Source of the DNA: the human T2T-CHM13v2.0 reference genome, Homo sapiens
Strand: one strand, 5' to 3'
Assembly (NCBI RefSeq): GCF_009914755.1
Contig: NC_060933.1
DNA: 64,000 nt
Shown here: positions 1 to 13,883 of the stretch, in pieces
Layout: every line of letters begins with the position of its first letter
Numbering within the stretch: position 1 is the stretch's first letter
The notes under the pieces: model-generated
What the model was told of the DNA's origin: nothing
The model's input: only the letters and a program-made list of their open reading frames with translations
Database searches by the model: none
Translations under genes and position numbers: made by a program

Positions 1-926
1 ATCCTACACACTTCTCTGTGTTGCAAAACTCTCAGCAGCACTTTGGTGTTCTTAGGAAAGGTTATTGTGGATTGCTTTTAGGGTTTTAGGGCTCTGTTGG
101 GGTCTCTGGAATACAAGCTTTTTATTATCCTAGCCTTCCATCCCTCTAACTTATTATTTGGATTGGAAGAATGATTCCAAAGACCATCTTTGCTTGCTTG
201 ATCCTGTATAATATCTTAAAAAAGACAAAAAAAAAAAAGGCAGTTGACTTTAGTATGGCAAGGAATTGACTGTGTTTTATAGACTATGGAGTGAGAGTGA
301 GTATGAACCATGTAGCCCTGCAGGTATTTTGAGGTAAAATTCATTTTAAGGCACATACTTTGTACATAAGATGCGTTGTTTATGAAGTGTTTTTCAGGAC
401 TATGTAAAATATAATTCTGATAGCATATTGTAAATATAAATTCTGAACCAATGTGAAATTCTTAATATACTGCAAATTACCTTCCTTCAGTGGTTTTCCA
501 ATTTAGGTTAACTTATGACCAGTCACCACATTGTTCAGGTCCTGATTACAAATCTATATTGAAAGAAAATGGAATAGACTCTTCTTTCTTCACTGATTTT
601 AATTTAAAACTTAATTCATCAGTGTTGCAGAAAGTTACAGATTTGAGAAGTTTGATGGATCCATTTGAATTGTTTATAAAAACGTTCCCATGGATTGTGC
701 ATTTGGGGACTGCCCCTTGGTGCCCTTCTCTGTGTGTAGGACTTAGGACATCTTGTTGTGTGGACATGGCCATTATATTAGTGTCTTACTTTCCCTCCAC
801 TCACCAGTGTTTTATTTTGTGTTTATGTATTATGAATATTAACCATAAGCAGAGGGCTGCATTATTAAGAGACATTGTAAAGAATTAACATTTCTCATGT
901 TTTATTGAACTTCCTTCCTTCCTATC

Positions 927-1522
<596 letters not shown>

Positions 1523-2564
1523 AAATTGGTCACGTTCTTGAGTTATCTGCATAGAGAGATCCACAGAGTTAGATGTCACATTTCCAGCAGTTTCCCCCCT
1601 CATTCTGGTGGTGGAGGAGTCAGACAGCATCTACGCCTCATCCTGTCACACATATGCATTGCATGTGCCTTCCTGGTGCCTTCTCTCTTCCTTTTGTGTT
1701 CTCCCTCCATGATTCTCTGTCTTTTCCTTGTTTCTTGTTTTTCCAATCCCTTCAGCATGGCTGCCTTCCCTCTGAGTGAGGAAGGTGTGGAGCAGTACAT
1801 CAGACATGTTCATTTTCTTCCAGCTTGCATCACTGAGTTAATGAGAGTCTGCCTCAGACAGAACTGCAGGTTTGAAGTCAGCGATGGAGAAAACTGACTC
1901 TGTCTTGGCGTATAATATACTGTTGAATGAAAGGGTTGTTGTATGTTTAACTTCCTCATTTAAAAGCCTCCTCAAAACACTTCTCCCATTCAGGCTGTTC
2001 AGGCAGGTTCTCAGACAGTTGATGGGTGATGGCTGGGAAGTTCATTCAGGAGATTAGTAGCAATTAGTTTCAGATTAATCAGAAAAGAAACAGAAAGGTG
2101 GGGGAACTACTCTGTCTGCTGTATGCCGAGGATTGGGATGAGTGCTTCAGGAATGCATACTTATCTTTCCTTTTTTTCCCCTGTATTTTTAGCTATAGAT
2201 CCAGCATCCCACGTATTTATCTTTCCTAACTTCCCTAAATATTTTCTCCATTTATCAGATAATAGATTGAATCCACATTTGTTTCAAATTGAAATTTATT
2301 CCTAAAGTTGAGTAATTTTACAGGTTACAAAAACAACTTATGGTAAATCTGTTTGTAAAGAAGATCAACCTTTGGTGATGTATCCTTTAATTTTTAAGAA
2401 TTCTAACTCTGACTCTGAGTTTTAGTACAAGGGCTTTTTGGCAGAAGAGGTCCATACTTGCATAAGTCAAACAGTAAGAACACTAGAACTTACACATTAA
2501 AAAACCTATTTGATATTTTCTCTTAATCGACACAGTGCCACTTACATTTATTGTTTCTTTTTAG

Positions 2565-2668
2565 GTTTTTTCCCAAGCAGCTCCCAAGGGTGTGATGCAT
2601 TTCTTCGCCACAAGATGACATTGATTTCTCCATCAGTATTGAAGAAATATGGTATTCCCTTTGACAAG
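2565..2668 (+). CDS. KDM4C: KDM4C coding exon (exon 7, 104 bp, phase 1 to phase 0); JmjC segment with Zn ligands Cys/His (C236, H242) and K243
   Basis: Acceptor ttgtttctttttag|G at 2564/2565 and donor AAG|gtatgt at 2668/2669. Translation (G)[34 protein letters not shown]. Missed by the ORF track. Confidence 0.97.
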
Positions 2669-3497
2669 GTATGTTAGTATTCATCTTACACAAATTAATT
2701 TTGTTTGTGTAGGATTTGTATTTAAGAAGTAATGTATCTTTAACTTCCAGTAGAATTTTTAGGATGTGGGTAGAGAAATTCAAATTTATGTTTTATAGCA
2801 TATCAATTATTTATCTAAATCCTAATTAGAAATTAATTTTATTTCAAATATATTTACTAGAGATTTCATGTTGCTATAGTTCACTTATAATTGTACTGAA
2901 AATAAAATGTAGCACATTCTATAAAATAAGAGGAAGCACTTCTATATTAAAATCTTTTTTATGAGTAACATAATTTATGTATATGTGATCTATTTTCTAA
3001 AAATTTCAGAGCAATTATTAGCAATGGGTTGGTTAGAATCAATGATTATGGTAGCACTATGTTGCTTGTAAACACATTTAGACATAATACAATCGAGATT
3101 TCATTATGGATAAAATTGCCTGATGATTTAATAATCTGATATTGCTTCTGCGAGTTTTCTGAAGATTAGGTTCTATAAAACTCAGTAGATGCTGGATCCC
3201 ACATTCTTTGTGTCTGTGGGTGGTTATTGGGTCAGAATTATTGCAGAGCTCAAACATTTTTATGTGAAGCAGCTGATATGAAAAAAGGTTTTGACCAGAT
3301 AAATAAAATCTCCCTCTCAGTCTCAGGAGGATTAAGTACTTAGCTGCTTGCAGAAACATTAAAAAATAGCTCTTCCTTCTTCTGTGTTTTTTATTTGACT
3401 TTTCTTCTCATAATCCTTGCTGCTTTCCATCTTGGAAGCTTTTTGCTTGTGACTAAATCTTCACATTTTCTTCACTTTAGGTTCTTACTGTGGCCTT

Positions 3498-3502
<5 letters not shown>

Positions 3503-3554
<52 letters not shown>
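3503..3554. repeat. (TG)26 microsatellite
   Basis: Perfect dinucleotide run. Confidence 0.97.
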
Positions 3555-3556
<2 letters not shown>

Positions 3557-4484
3557 AGGGTGGGGGGGATTTGTTCAAAGTAGAAGTTTTTCAAGTGCCA
3601 GGGTTCATTCTTCAGCTTGAGGTGATTCCCTGCTCCCTCATAAACTGTCTATGCAGCAGTCACGCACAAGATATGCTTGCTTTTGTGAATGTGCCCTCAT
3701 CACTGGTTTACTCGCACGTTTTTACCATGAAAAAATCGTGCCTCCGAGATGTGCACCGTGGGGGCTGCCTGCGGGTGTAGGGAGGCACTATGGATGGGCT
3801 GCAGAACTGCTGGGTACAGAGGGCACAGGCTGTGCCACTCAGAGGGGCTGCTGTGGCTGTGGGGCTTTGTCCCATCTGCAGACACCTCTGGGCACCAGGC
3901 TTTTGTGAGTCTCAGACACATCATCATCCAGTGCTTCTTTTAAGTAGTTGGCATCAGCTTCATTAGGTACTTTTACTTAAGTTGGACTGTTACAAGGTAG
4001 ACGTGAAGGAATGCAACAGTATCCCCAAGACACAGAATCCTTCTCTGTTCCTTTGGGGCTGGTGTTAGGTGTTGGTGGTAGCTTAAGGCTGATACATGAA
4101 GAGAAGTTATGTGAGGCAGCAGGGCTGTGGGATTGGCTCCCTTTCCCCAGGAGGGAGGCCTCTGGAGCTTGGAGCTCTTTTCTAGAGGTGCCTGGCACCC
4201 TCTTTCTAGGCTGCAGCTCTCTACCAGTACTACATGGTAGATCGCTGGAGGCATTGGGCTCTCATCTGGTGTTTTGTGGATGGCTTCTGTGGAAAGTGGC
4301 GAGATGAATTTAAGTCCTGAAATGGTGAAACACCAGTGACTTTGAGGGTTGATTGGCAGTGGCACTTCCTCATATTTAATACTGTCACTTCCCCTTTCCA
4401 CCTCAACACAGGGCCTGTCATGACACTGTATTCCTCAAGAACCACATTTACCTGGTGATGATAACGTAACATATGATAGGGCAG

Positions 4485-4680
4485 CACAATGGTAGCACAG
4501 GCTGCAGGATTAAACCTCCTGAGTTCATTCCTGATTCAGTCGCATAATCTTTCCGAGCTTTAGTTTCTTCGACTGTAAAATGGGATAAAAATAGTGACTA
4601 CTTAATAGGGTTACTGTGACGAGAAAGATAATCTATAGACAGAGTTTTGAATAGTATATGTTGCATAGTAACGTACTCTT
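4485..4680 (+). mobile_element. MIR SINE relic
   Basis: MIR core-like ctttagtttcttcgactgtaaaatgggataaaaatagt...tagggttactgtgacgag. Confidence 0.75.
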
Positions 4681-5514
4681 CCTCTTCAACTCAGCCCTCT
4701 TCCTGTAGGTAATAATGTCTCAGTTGGAATACATTTTTTCCTTCTTTCATTGTATTTGCCATATTCATACATATGTATGAAAACATAAGTGTAATAAACA
4801 GCTGATGTCTGCATTTAGATTATATCCACTCTCTTCTCTAGCTTCTTTTATGGTATGAGATTGGGACTGACCTGTTTTTGGAAATGACAGGGGCCTAAAA
4901 TTCAGAGTTGCATTCTGTGTAACAGGTGCTCTTTTTTTTTTTTAAATCATGGCATGAGCTGGATTTTCTAGGTAGGGTAGAGAAGGTTTGTAGGTAGGAT
5001 TCCATGGAGCGGGAAAAGTAGTTTTCTTGTTCCAGTGGCAGCAGTCCTCCCTCTCCTCTCACCTTTATGTGGGAGCAGGGTGAGTTTTGTTTCATTACGT
5101 AGGATAAGAAAGAAGCACCTAGATAATTAATTAGATTCAGTGAGACCAGGAAAGGAGAGAGTTGGGCTATGTTCTCACATGGCTCAGATAATGGAGCTTG
5201 AACCGTGCTGGGCACTGGTAAGCCTGTCTCTGCTGCCAGGTGACAACTGAGCTCATTGCAGCAGAACATCTTCTGGGGTTTCTTTGGCACGGGACAGTGG
5301 TGTTATGAGTTACATTTCAGAATTGTTGGGAAAAATAATACTTTCCCCATCTCCAATACCATTTTAGCATCCATAACATGGCAAAGCTAATCAGTGGTGA
5401 AAGGTATCAGAAGAGTGATTATTACTGAGGTGGGAGTAGGGGATGGGCAGGGGATGGTCTAGGTTAGGGATGAGGGAGCGCTCTTGGGTGATGAAATAAT
5501 AGGGGCATGGACAA

Positions 5515-5990
5515 TTATCCATAGCACCATTATTCCTAGTGCCCAAATTGGAAATGACCAAATGTCTGTTGGCTGATGAATAAATAAGCAAGTGTGATAT
5601 ATTTTATGTAATGGAAGATTATTCAGCCATAAAAGGAAGTGAAGTACTGGCACATGCTACAACCTGGGTGAACTTTGAAAAGTTTGTGCTAAGTGGAAGA
5701 ATTCAGTAACAAAAGATCATACTTTATATGATTCTATTAATATTAAATATCCATTATAACAAATCTGTAGAGACAGAAGATAAATCAGGGGTTTTCTTAG
5801 GGCTGGGATGAATGAGGGGCTTGGGGATGACAGCTAAAGGGTGAGGGGGTTTCTTTTTGAGGTGATAAAATGTTCTAAAATTAATTGTGATAGTTGCATA
5901 ACTTTGTGATATACTAAAAACCAACAAATTGTACACTTTAAATGAGTGAATTTTATGGTATGTGAATTACATTTCAATAAAGTTGTTACT
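5515..5990 (+). mobile_element. Old L1 (L1MB-like) 3' end
   Basis: tattcagccataaaaggaagtgaagtactggcacatgctacaacctgggtgaac... ending gtatgtgaattacatttcaataaagttgtt. Confidence 0.85.
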
Positions 5991-7319
5991 GAAAATAAAA
6001 TACTTTAAAAAACACTATATGTATATACAGATATTTGTCCAAAGAAACAAAATACTACAAATGTAGCTATTACTATTTCAGTCTCTTCTCCCTCCCAGAG
6101 ATAAGTAATTTTCTGAGGTTGATATATTTAATAAATATATTTCTTCCTTAGATTTTTATCATAAAAAAAGAAAATAGGGGCATGGGATATACAGGTATAT
6201 GCATTTGTCAAAACAGATCAAACTGTACATTTATTATCTGAGCATTTTATTATATGTACATTATATCTCAAAGAAAATATAAGTTGTATTAGGGTCAGTA
6301 GGATAATTAAAAATGTGGTTTTACAACTTTTATTATCAGAGCTAGCAGAGAATACAGGCTCTGAATGTGAACATACAGCATTTGCTAAATACTTTGGCAA
6401 TATGTGTCAAGGAGAAACATTGCTTCAGTGGCCAAATCCTATGAGTATTTTTATATTACTTTGCAGCAACTGAAAGAATTTAAAGATATAAGGGGTCTAT
6501 CCTATTGGGTGCTGCTGGGTTAGAAACATTTTAAGATCAGATAATCCAAAACAAATATATTATATTATTCCATTTGAAGGAGTGAGCAATAAGTTTTATA
6601 ATTTTTGTATCGGATAGATACTTTTTTAAAAAAGAAACAACACTACATTTTTCTTCACTTTTTCTGTAGACCATGGGATATTTTGTGTTGCTTTGGTGAT
6701 TGTAAAAAAAAAGTCTTTAATCTAAAAAATAGAAACAGGGTAAATACATTTAAAATTCTTTTTTAAAGGCTCAGGCTTATTTATGCGAGTTATTTTAATT
6801 ATACTTAAAAATGCACTCACTCTAACATACATATATTTGAATAATTCTTTTAACAGAAGTTTTACTGTGAAATGGACTGTGCTTAATTGAATGTTTTCTA
6901 GGTGCTAGGAAAAAATAATTCGATGAATATCACCAACTCTTTACCAACAAGAATTCATGATATAGCCTGCCAAGCATGTATTATCAAAGTTTCTGTAGCT
7001 GTAGCTTTAACAATGTCAGTTATTATATGATTTTTATATGTAACTCCAGTAATGCAAGTTATTAAAATATAAGAATATATAGCTTGATAGCTAATATGAA
7101 CAAATTTACTTGAATAACCTGAAGATACCTTCAATTAAAATGTAATAGCTTTGAGTATGGATTGTTTGATTTAATTCAAGTGCCAGCAAGCCACATCCTA
7201 TTTAGGAAAGTCTTTTAAACGTTTCCTGAAAAAGCACTATTAAAGGATTAAGTAATGAATCTGGTGGAACTCTTTTTGGTAGTGCTCTGATATCAAGACT
7301 TTTTTTCTTTGTTTTTTAA

Positions 7320-7718
<399 letters not shown>

Positions 7719-9439
7719 TGAATTTGTCTGTTTTGAGATTAATGTGGAGCAATTTACCCTGATAGGTAATTTGATGCGACGTGTGTTTGCTTTTTATCTT
7801 GAGGCCTCCAGTTGGTGTTTTGCAAGATTTTCCAGTGGCATCATGTGGCTCCATGTTAGGTAGACTCAGATCTCTCCCTGTTTGCGATCAGTTTGTGGCT
7901 TAGAAAACAGCACTTTACAGAAGGGAGTGTCTGATAAAATTGTAGCAAGAGATGGAGGGAGGTTGGTAGGAAGAAATGATTAAAACTGCCCTTAGTGCAG
8001 AAATGAAATTCTTGAAAGTAATCATGTAGAACACATTTTAACAGGAAATACATATTCATGTTAAATTTGGTATAAAATTTTGCATCTCCTGCCCAGTGTA
8101 TTTAATTTAGCTCACATAGTGGGTATTTTCTTTCACAGGCAATAACTTCTATTAAATTTAATTACTTTCCCCCTGTGGTGTTAAATAGAAGACATCTTCA
8201 AAGTGATGGTGGTTTCTATTAGGTTTGCTTCCTTTCCTGTGGCTTTTAAGGGAAAGGTGCAGGCTGGCAGAGGGCAGCTTCTAAATAAAACTGTGTGTTT
8301 TACAGAGGATGTAAAGTTGACGTAGATTTAGCAGAAAATGATAAATAAAGCGTATGTGGTCTTATTTTGGCCATTGCATGGCTCAACTGAATATCATTCA
8401 TTCTACACTGATAAAACTTACATGTGGAGCCATCAGGTGAACGTAGACAGAAGTATATTTAGGGGAGACAACTCTTAGTTTAATTTACCTGTGTATTTAG
8501 AAAATTGCATAATTTATTAAAAGTTAAATAAAATATAGCCCTTTGGCAGCCCAGGAGTCATTCGAATACATTCTTGACATAAAGGAAAGCCCCTGGTATT
8601 AGAAGACTTTTTCTGTTCTAAGTAATTTCTGTTTATGCTGAGTAATTCAGAAAGGAACAGAACTGTACTACTACTTCACATTGTACATCCTGTGTATTCT
8701 AAGAACTCAGTGTGTGTACTTTGGCCAACCACTGCATTGCTTTTGTGGAAATGTAATGCTTGCATCTGCCTTGAAGCAGTGTCTTGGCCACGAGGTTATA
8801 ACAAGGTCTGTTATTTTATAGTTTGCACCTTTACTTACAGATATAAGTCAGCTATTACAGCTGTTCAGAGTCACCACAAATATTGATTCTTGTTTAATAC
8901 AGGTCTCAGAAGTAGCCTATGATATTGGCCAGAATAGGACATTCCAGCCTTGGGGAGAAGCTAAACTACCATGTACATTGGAGTTGCATTTCCACATTTC
9001 CATGTGGAAGTAGAGTGGGTGTGGAGTGGAAGGAAGAGAGGCTGGTAGTGCTCCTCTCTGAAATCCCAGCTGACAGAGCCCATCACAGTTGTGGGAATGT
9101 GAAGTGTTGCACTGTGGTGGAGGAGGCTGGATCTGACAACCAAGTTTTCTTCTCTGGCTAGCCATGTAACATTAGGAAAGTCATTTATTCTTCATATATA
9201 AATTAGAAATACCTCTCTACCCTATGGGTTAGAGAAAAGAACTTAGGTATGTGACTATCTGTTTATTCAGTTTAGTAAGGGCTATGACTGTTTTGTTTGG
9301 TTCTGGGTACAAAATATTCAGTGCTACAATGCAGTTTTGGCCAGCTAATTAAAAATTGCTCTAACTGAATGTATTTGAGATTTTTTCAGTGTTATGGCCA
9401 CCCCTTACTTCCTTTGGCCAGGTGATGTCATCTGAGAAT

Positions 9440-9881
9440 ATATTAGTTGTCTCTTGCTGCTGTAGCAAATTACCACAAACTTTGTGTTTAGAACAATAGC
9501 CATTTATTATCTCATGGTTCTGTAGGTAATAGGCCTAGCATTGGTCTCACCAGTTAAATGTCAAGATGTTTGCAGGATTGCATTTCTTACTGAGACTCTG
9601 GGGAAGAATTCATTTCCTTGCTCCTTTGGGTTGTTGGCTGAATTCACTTCCTCACAGTTGTAAGACTAAACGTTCAGATTTGTTGCTGACTGTGAACCAG
9701 AGGCTGGACTTTTCTCCTAGAAGCCTCTCTCTAGTCCTCCTGTGTAGTTCCTGCATTTCAGAGCAGGCAATCCGCAAAATCCCACGTGTCATGCAAGATA
9801 GCGCATTCAAAGATCTCTGGGATTAGGATGAGGACATCTTTGTTGGGGGTGCAGGAGGGGAAGCATCTGCCTACTACTACA
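9440..9881 (-). mobile_element. MaLR solo LTR (MLT1C/D-like)
   Basis: tattagtt...gctgctgtagcaaattaccacaaac...atttattatctcatggttctgtagg; end gggattaggatgaggacatctttg...ctgcctactactaca. Confidence 0.8.
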
Positions 9882-9923
9882 GGGGGTACCAATTTATCAT
9901 TGACATATTTAGAATCTGCTTTG

Positions 9924-10068
9924 GGCTGGGGCAGTAGCTCATGCCTATAACTAGCACTTTGGGAGGCTGAGGCAGGAGGATTGCTAGAGGCCAGGAATTC
10001 AAGACTAGTCTTAGCAACAGAGTGAGATCTTGTCTCTACAAAAAATAAAAACAAAAATTAAGAAAAAA
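9924..10068 (+). mobile_element. Alu monomer (FLAM_C / AluJ left arm)
   Basis: Single left-arm monomer followed by an A-rich tail. Confidence 0.88.
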
Positions 10069-13000
10069 GAATATTTTGAGTTATGTAACCAATTTTAGTT
10101 ATTTTGCATAAAAACAGGAAAATAACTTTATAAAGAGATAGTTTCGAATGTTTCACTAAAATATCATGTGCTTTCTTAATTTATACCATCAATATTAATA
10201 TTTTCATGTCTATTCTTGGATAATAAATTACCTTACATTATAGTAAGCTGAGTTAGCATTTTTTTTACCCAGATTTTGGTATCTTTAATCAGTTATTTGA
10301 CACATATTTTTGATCTCCAAGTCTGATTCTTTAGGTAACCTTATGAATTTACTGTGTTGCATGTATATGTAGTTTCTAATCCCTGGCAAATTTGTGCACT
10401 GGGCATACATTTATGTGTTTTCCTGGAAACTGATGTGTAGTGAATTGCACTAAAAAGACTTTTAGCATTGAGGATGCCCATATTTGTCTTAATTCTTTGT
10501 CTTCATCAGTTTGTTCTAAATGGTAACTATAAAAAAGTCATTGTTCATAAGTGATTATGAACAATACTTTTATAATTACTATGAAAATATGAGCACTTTT
10601 TCATAATGAGGCATTGGTGGTGATGCCACCTGCTTTACCTGTCACATGGGGTTTATTGAATGTGTATAAGTATCTGATAAATTATTTGTTGTACAGCATT
10701 AAATAAGCAAAATAGTGCAGAGTGTGGGGTCTGCATACATTATATGTGCATATATGTAATCACAAACACTATGAAATATATATATATATATAAAAATATA
10801 ATTTTGTGTAATACAAACCAGTATTTTTAATTAGGTGACTCAGAAAAGAGCTGTTAGAGAAGGCAATTTGTTTTTTAATTAAAAAAAAAAAGTAGGTTTT
10901 GAAAAGATAACCTCATGTTCCCCAGTAGGGACCTTTTGATCATAAGCCAACAGGCTTTGTCATTAGGGACCTTTTCAGATGTCTCAGATGGCTGGTAGAA
11001 GGGGGAGAAGTTCTACTTATGGAGACTAGGCTTATCTGCTGTGTGCCAGGCATCATGTATGTTTCTATGAATTCATCACTCGTGAGTCATTGTTCTATGA
11101 GAACAGGGGTGAGAGTAGAGTTGACACTGGGAGGGGTTCAAGGTCTGCTTCCTTTGCTGTTGGCTACTTGACTTCTTCTGGTGTCCCTGGAGCAGGACTG
11201 GAGAGGGGGCTCCTGTGGCTTTCATCGGAATCTGTTACTGACCTATTGATATGTGATAGTTGTTCAATAAATCTTCCTGGCTCTTAAGATTTGGGTACAT
11301 TTGATTAGAAATTTCATTATTTGTGTAAAGCTCAGATACACTTCCAAATTTTAGCAAATTCCTGGATGTTTGATATTCTCAGCTGAATTATTGTATTTAG
11401 GAGAGGTGTCTGTCCCTGTGCGTAAATTCTCTGTTTTTTCAGTCCTTCAGTCCAGATGGTCTTTTTTCACAGTATCCATCCAAACTGCCTCATCTCTCAA
11501 ACAGACTTTTTTTGTGTGTGTATGGATTGTGTAGAAGATCTGGGGAAAATAGGCAGAGGAGAGAGTGAAGGGACATTTACCTTTTAGTTTTGGTAGCTGC
11601 TTAGTTTGACCATCCCTGTTTCTAATATTCTCTGATAATGGCCCAGGCCTTACCATTCTTCTCTCATTTCTGTCTTTGCTTGTGTTTTCCCTCAATGAGG
11701 ATCATTCTGCTCTCTTGTCTTAACTTGCAAAATATAGCATAGCCAAATCCTGTAAGATGCTCCAGAACAAAAGGGCCTTGCATTTAGCAGGAACAACTGA
11801 CCTAAGAAGGCAGTTGTGTAATTTTCCCCCATTTCTCTAATCAAAGACAAGATCATTACTGAAAAAAATTGAGAGTGATGTTTCAGGTAGTCACATGTTC
11901 ATTTGCTGCTGATGGGCAGAGGTCAGATTTGGTGAGTGCCCAGTGAGTTCCTCCTGTGCTACATGTGTGTACAAAGAAGAAAAACATATATATTGTCTTC
12001 AAGGAGCTTTCAGAAAGAACAGAGGGGCTTTTAATAAAACTCCACTTGCAAAGTTGTAGTATTAATGGAACGTAACATCTAGTTCTTTGTTTTAGGAATC
12101 TTTGTAGCTTTGAATGTTGGCATAACAGAGTGAAATGCAATTATTTTTTCTTGATAGAGATTTAAAAATACTTCAACAGCTCGTTTAGCAGTTGAAATAA
12201 GACATTTGTGCATATTTGAGCTGACTGTTTTCTGTTTCTGGAGCATTCTTTCCTTCTGTGGTGGAATGAAGTCCGTGATTACTCTGTGCAGCTGCTGCCG
12301 TGACACTCACAGGTCTGCTTCCTGGCCAGGTTGGATCAAAGCGCCGGCCGGCAGGTTGTATTTCATTTTTCCGTTTGCTGGGATGAAGTGCAGTTGTTTG
12401 ATGTTAGGTTTGATGGATTTGTTTGCCACTGCATTCATTAGCTTCACATCAAAAAACTGACAGGCTGTTAAATGAAACTTTGGCTTAGATTTTCAGCTTG
12501 ACTGTTTGGAGACATTTGTGAAGATATTTTGTGTTTGTGTTTCAGCAGCCTCAAGCACTATGATTGTCTCGAAGGGAAGAAAAGTTATTTACTGTACTGA
12601 TTTTCTTGAGTAAAAAAGAATCATTGTCTTGGGGACAGTCATATCTCGTTTATACCGTCTGAAGCAGTGTATTTATTACAGTGTGTGCAGTGAAAGAGAC
12701 TTACTGTGTCAGAATAAATATTATCTTATTGGAAGGAAAGGTAATAGTTGGTGACACAAAAATGATATCTTTTATTTTAATTTTAAGTGATCATATTAAC
12801 ATGATATGTCAGAAAGTTGAAAAACTGTACTGCAGAGCTGGGAATGTTCTCTTATAAACTCCAGGAGTACTACCTTACTATCTAATTTTAAGACATTTTG
12901 ATACTTGAATCCTCAAATGTTTGAACAAGTTTAAAAAGAGATGATAGAATTTTAAAACTGATTTCCCTTTAATCTGGCAGGGGTTTCAACTATTAAATTG

Positions 13001-13456
13001 TCTAGCATGTAAGTGCCATGATGTGGGTTCATTCTATTTTATATTTCAATTCTCTAAAATTAAGTTAGATATTTCTTAAATCTGGTAGCATCCTTCCAGA
13101 AAATCTTTAATCTTGGGCAGTCTTTATTAAAACAATCAGGGATCATTTTTGTGGTGAGTCTCTAGGTTATATTTTAATATGCTTTTGATCACAAAATACT
13201 AGTATAGTGATATTTCTCTGTTCCTGTGACATGTGAAGGAAAGAAAATGTAGACTGCTTTGAGTATTGTTCATTTTAACAGTTCTTGGCATTTCAATTTT
13301 AAGTGTCTGACATGACATATATAATATGAACTTAGTGAGTATGGGGATTTTATGTTCTGCATTTTTTTTTTTTTTACCTCTACTTTTTGCTGTTTCTGAT
13401 TCCTAGGTTCTGATGGTACAGTGTAACAGAGCTGATGAGTAGTTTTGCTGCGCTCT

Positions 13457-13833
13457 TTTATTTTTTTGCTTTACTTTTAAGAGCATCTATAGGTTCACAG
13501 CAAAATTCAGAGGAAAGTATAGAGATTCCCCATATTCCCCTTCTCCCCACATGTGCATAGCCCCCCACATTATCAATATCCTTAACCAGAGAGGTGCATT
13601 TGTTACAAATAAAGAACCTACAATGATGCATCATTATCCCCCAATGTCCATAGTTTTTTTTAAACTTTTATTTTTTAAGGAAACCCAGGCAACCAGACCA
13701 AAGTCCATAGTTTACATTAGGGCTCACTCTGGGTGTTGTACATTCAGTGGGTTTGAACAAATATACAATGACAGGCATCTGACATTGTAGTATCATACAG
13801 AGTGGTTTCACTGCCCTATGAGTCCTCTGTGCC
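13457..13833 (-). mobile_element. Old L1 (L1MC-like) 3' end, interrupted by a 41-bp insertion
   Basis: taggttcacagcaaaatt...gtatagagattccccatat...aagtccatagtttacattagggctcactct, typical of an L1MC 3' UTR. Confidence 0.8.
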
Positions 13834-13841
13834 TTTTCCAT

Positions 13842-13843
<2 letters not shown>

Positions 13844-13881
<38 letters not shown>
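13844..13881. repeat. (GT)19 microsatellite
   Basis: Perfect dinucleotide run. Confidence 0.96.
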
Positions 13882-13883
<2 letters not shown>

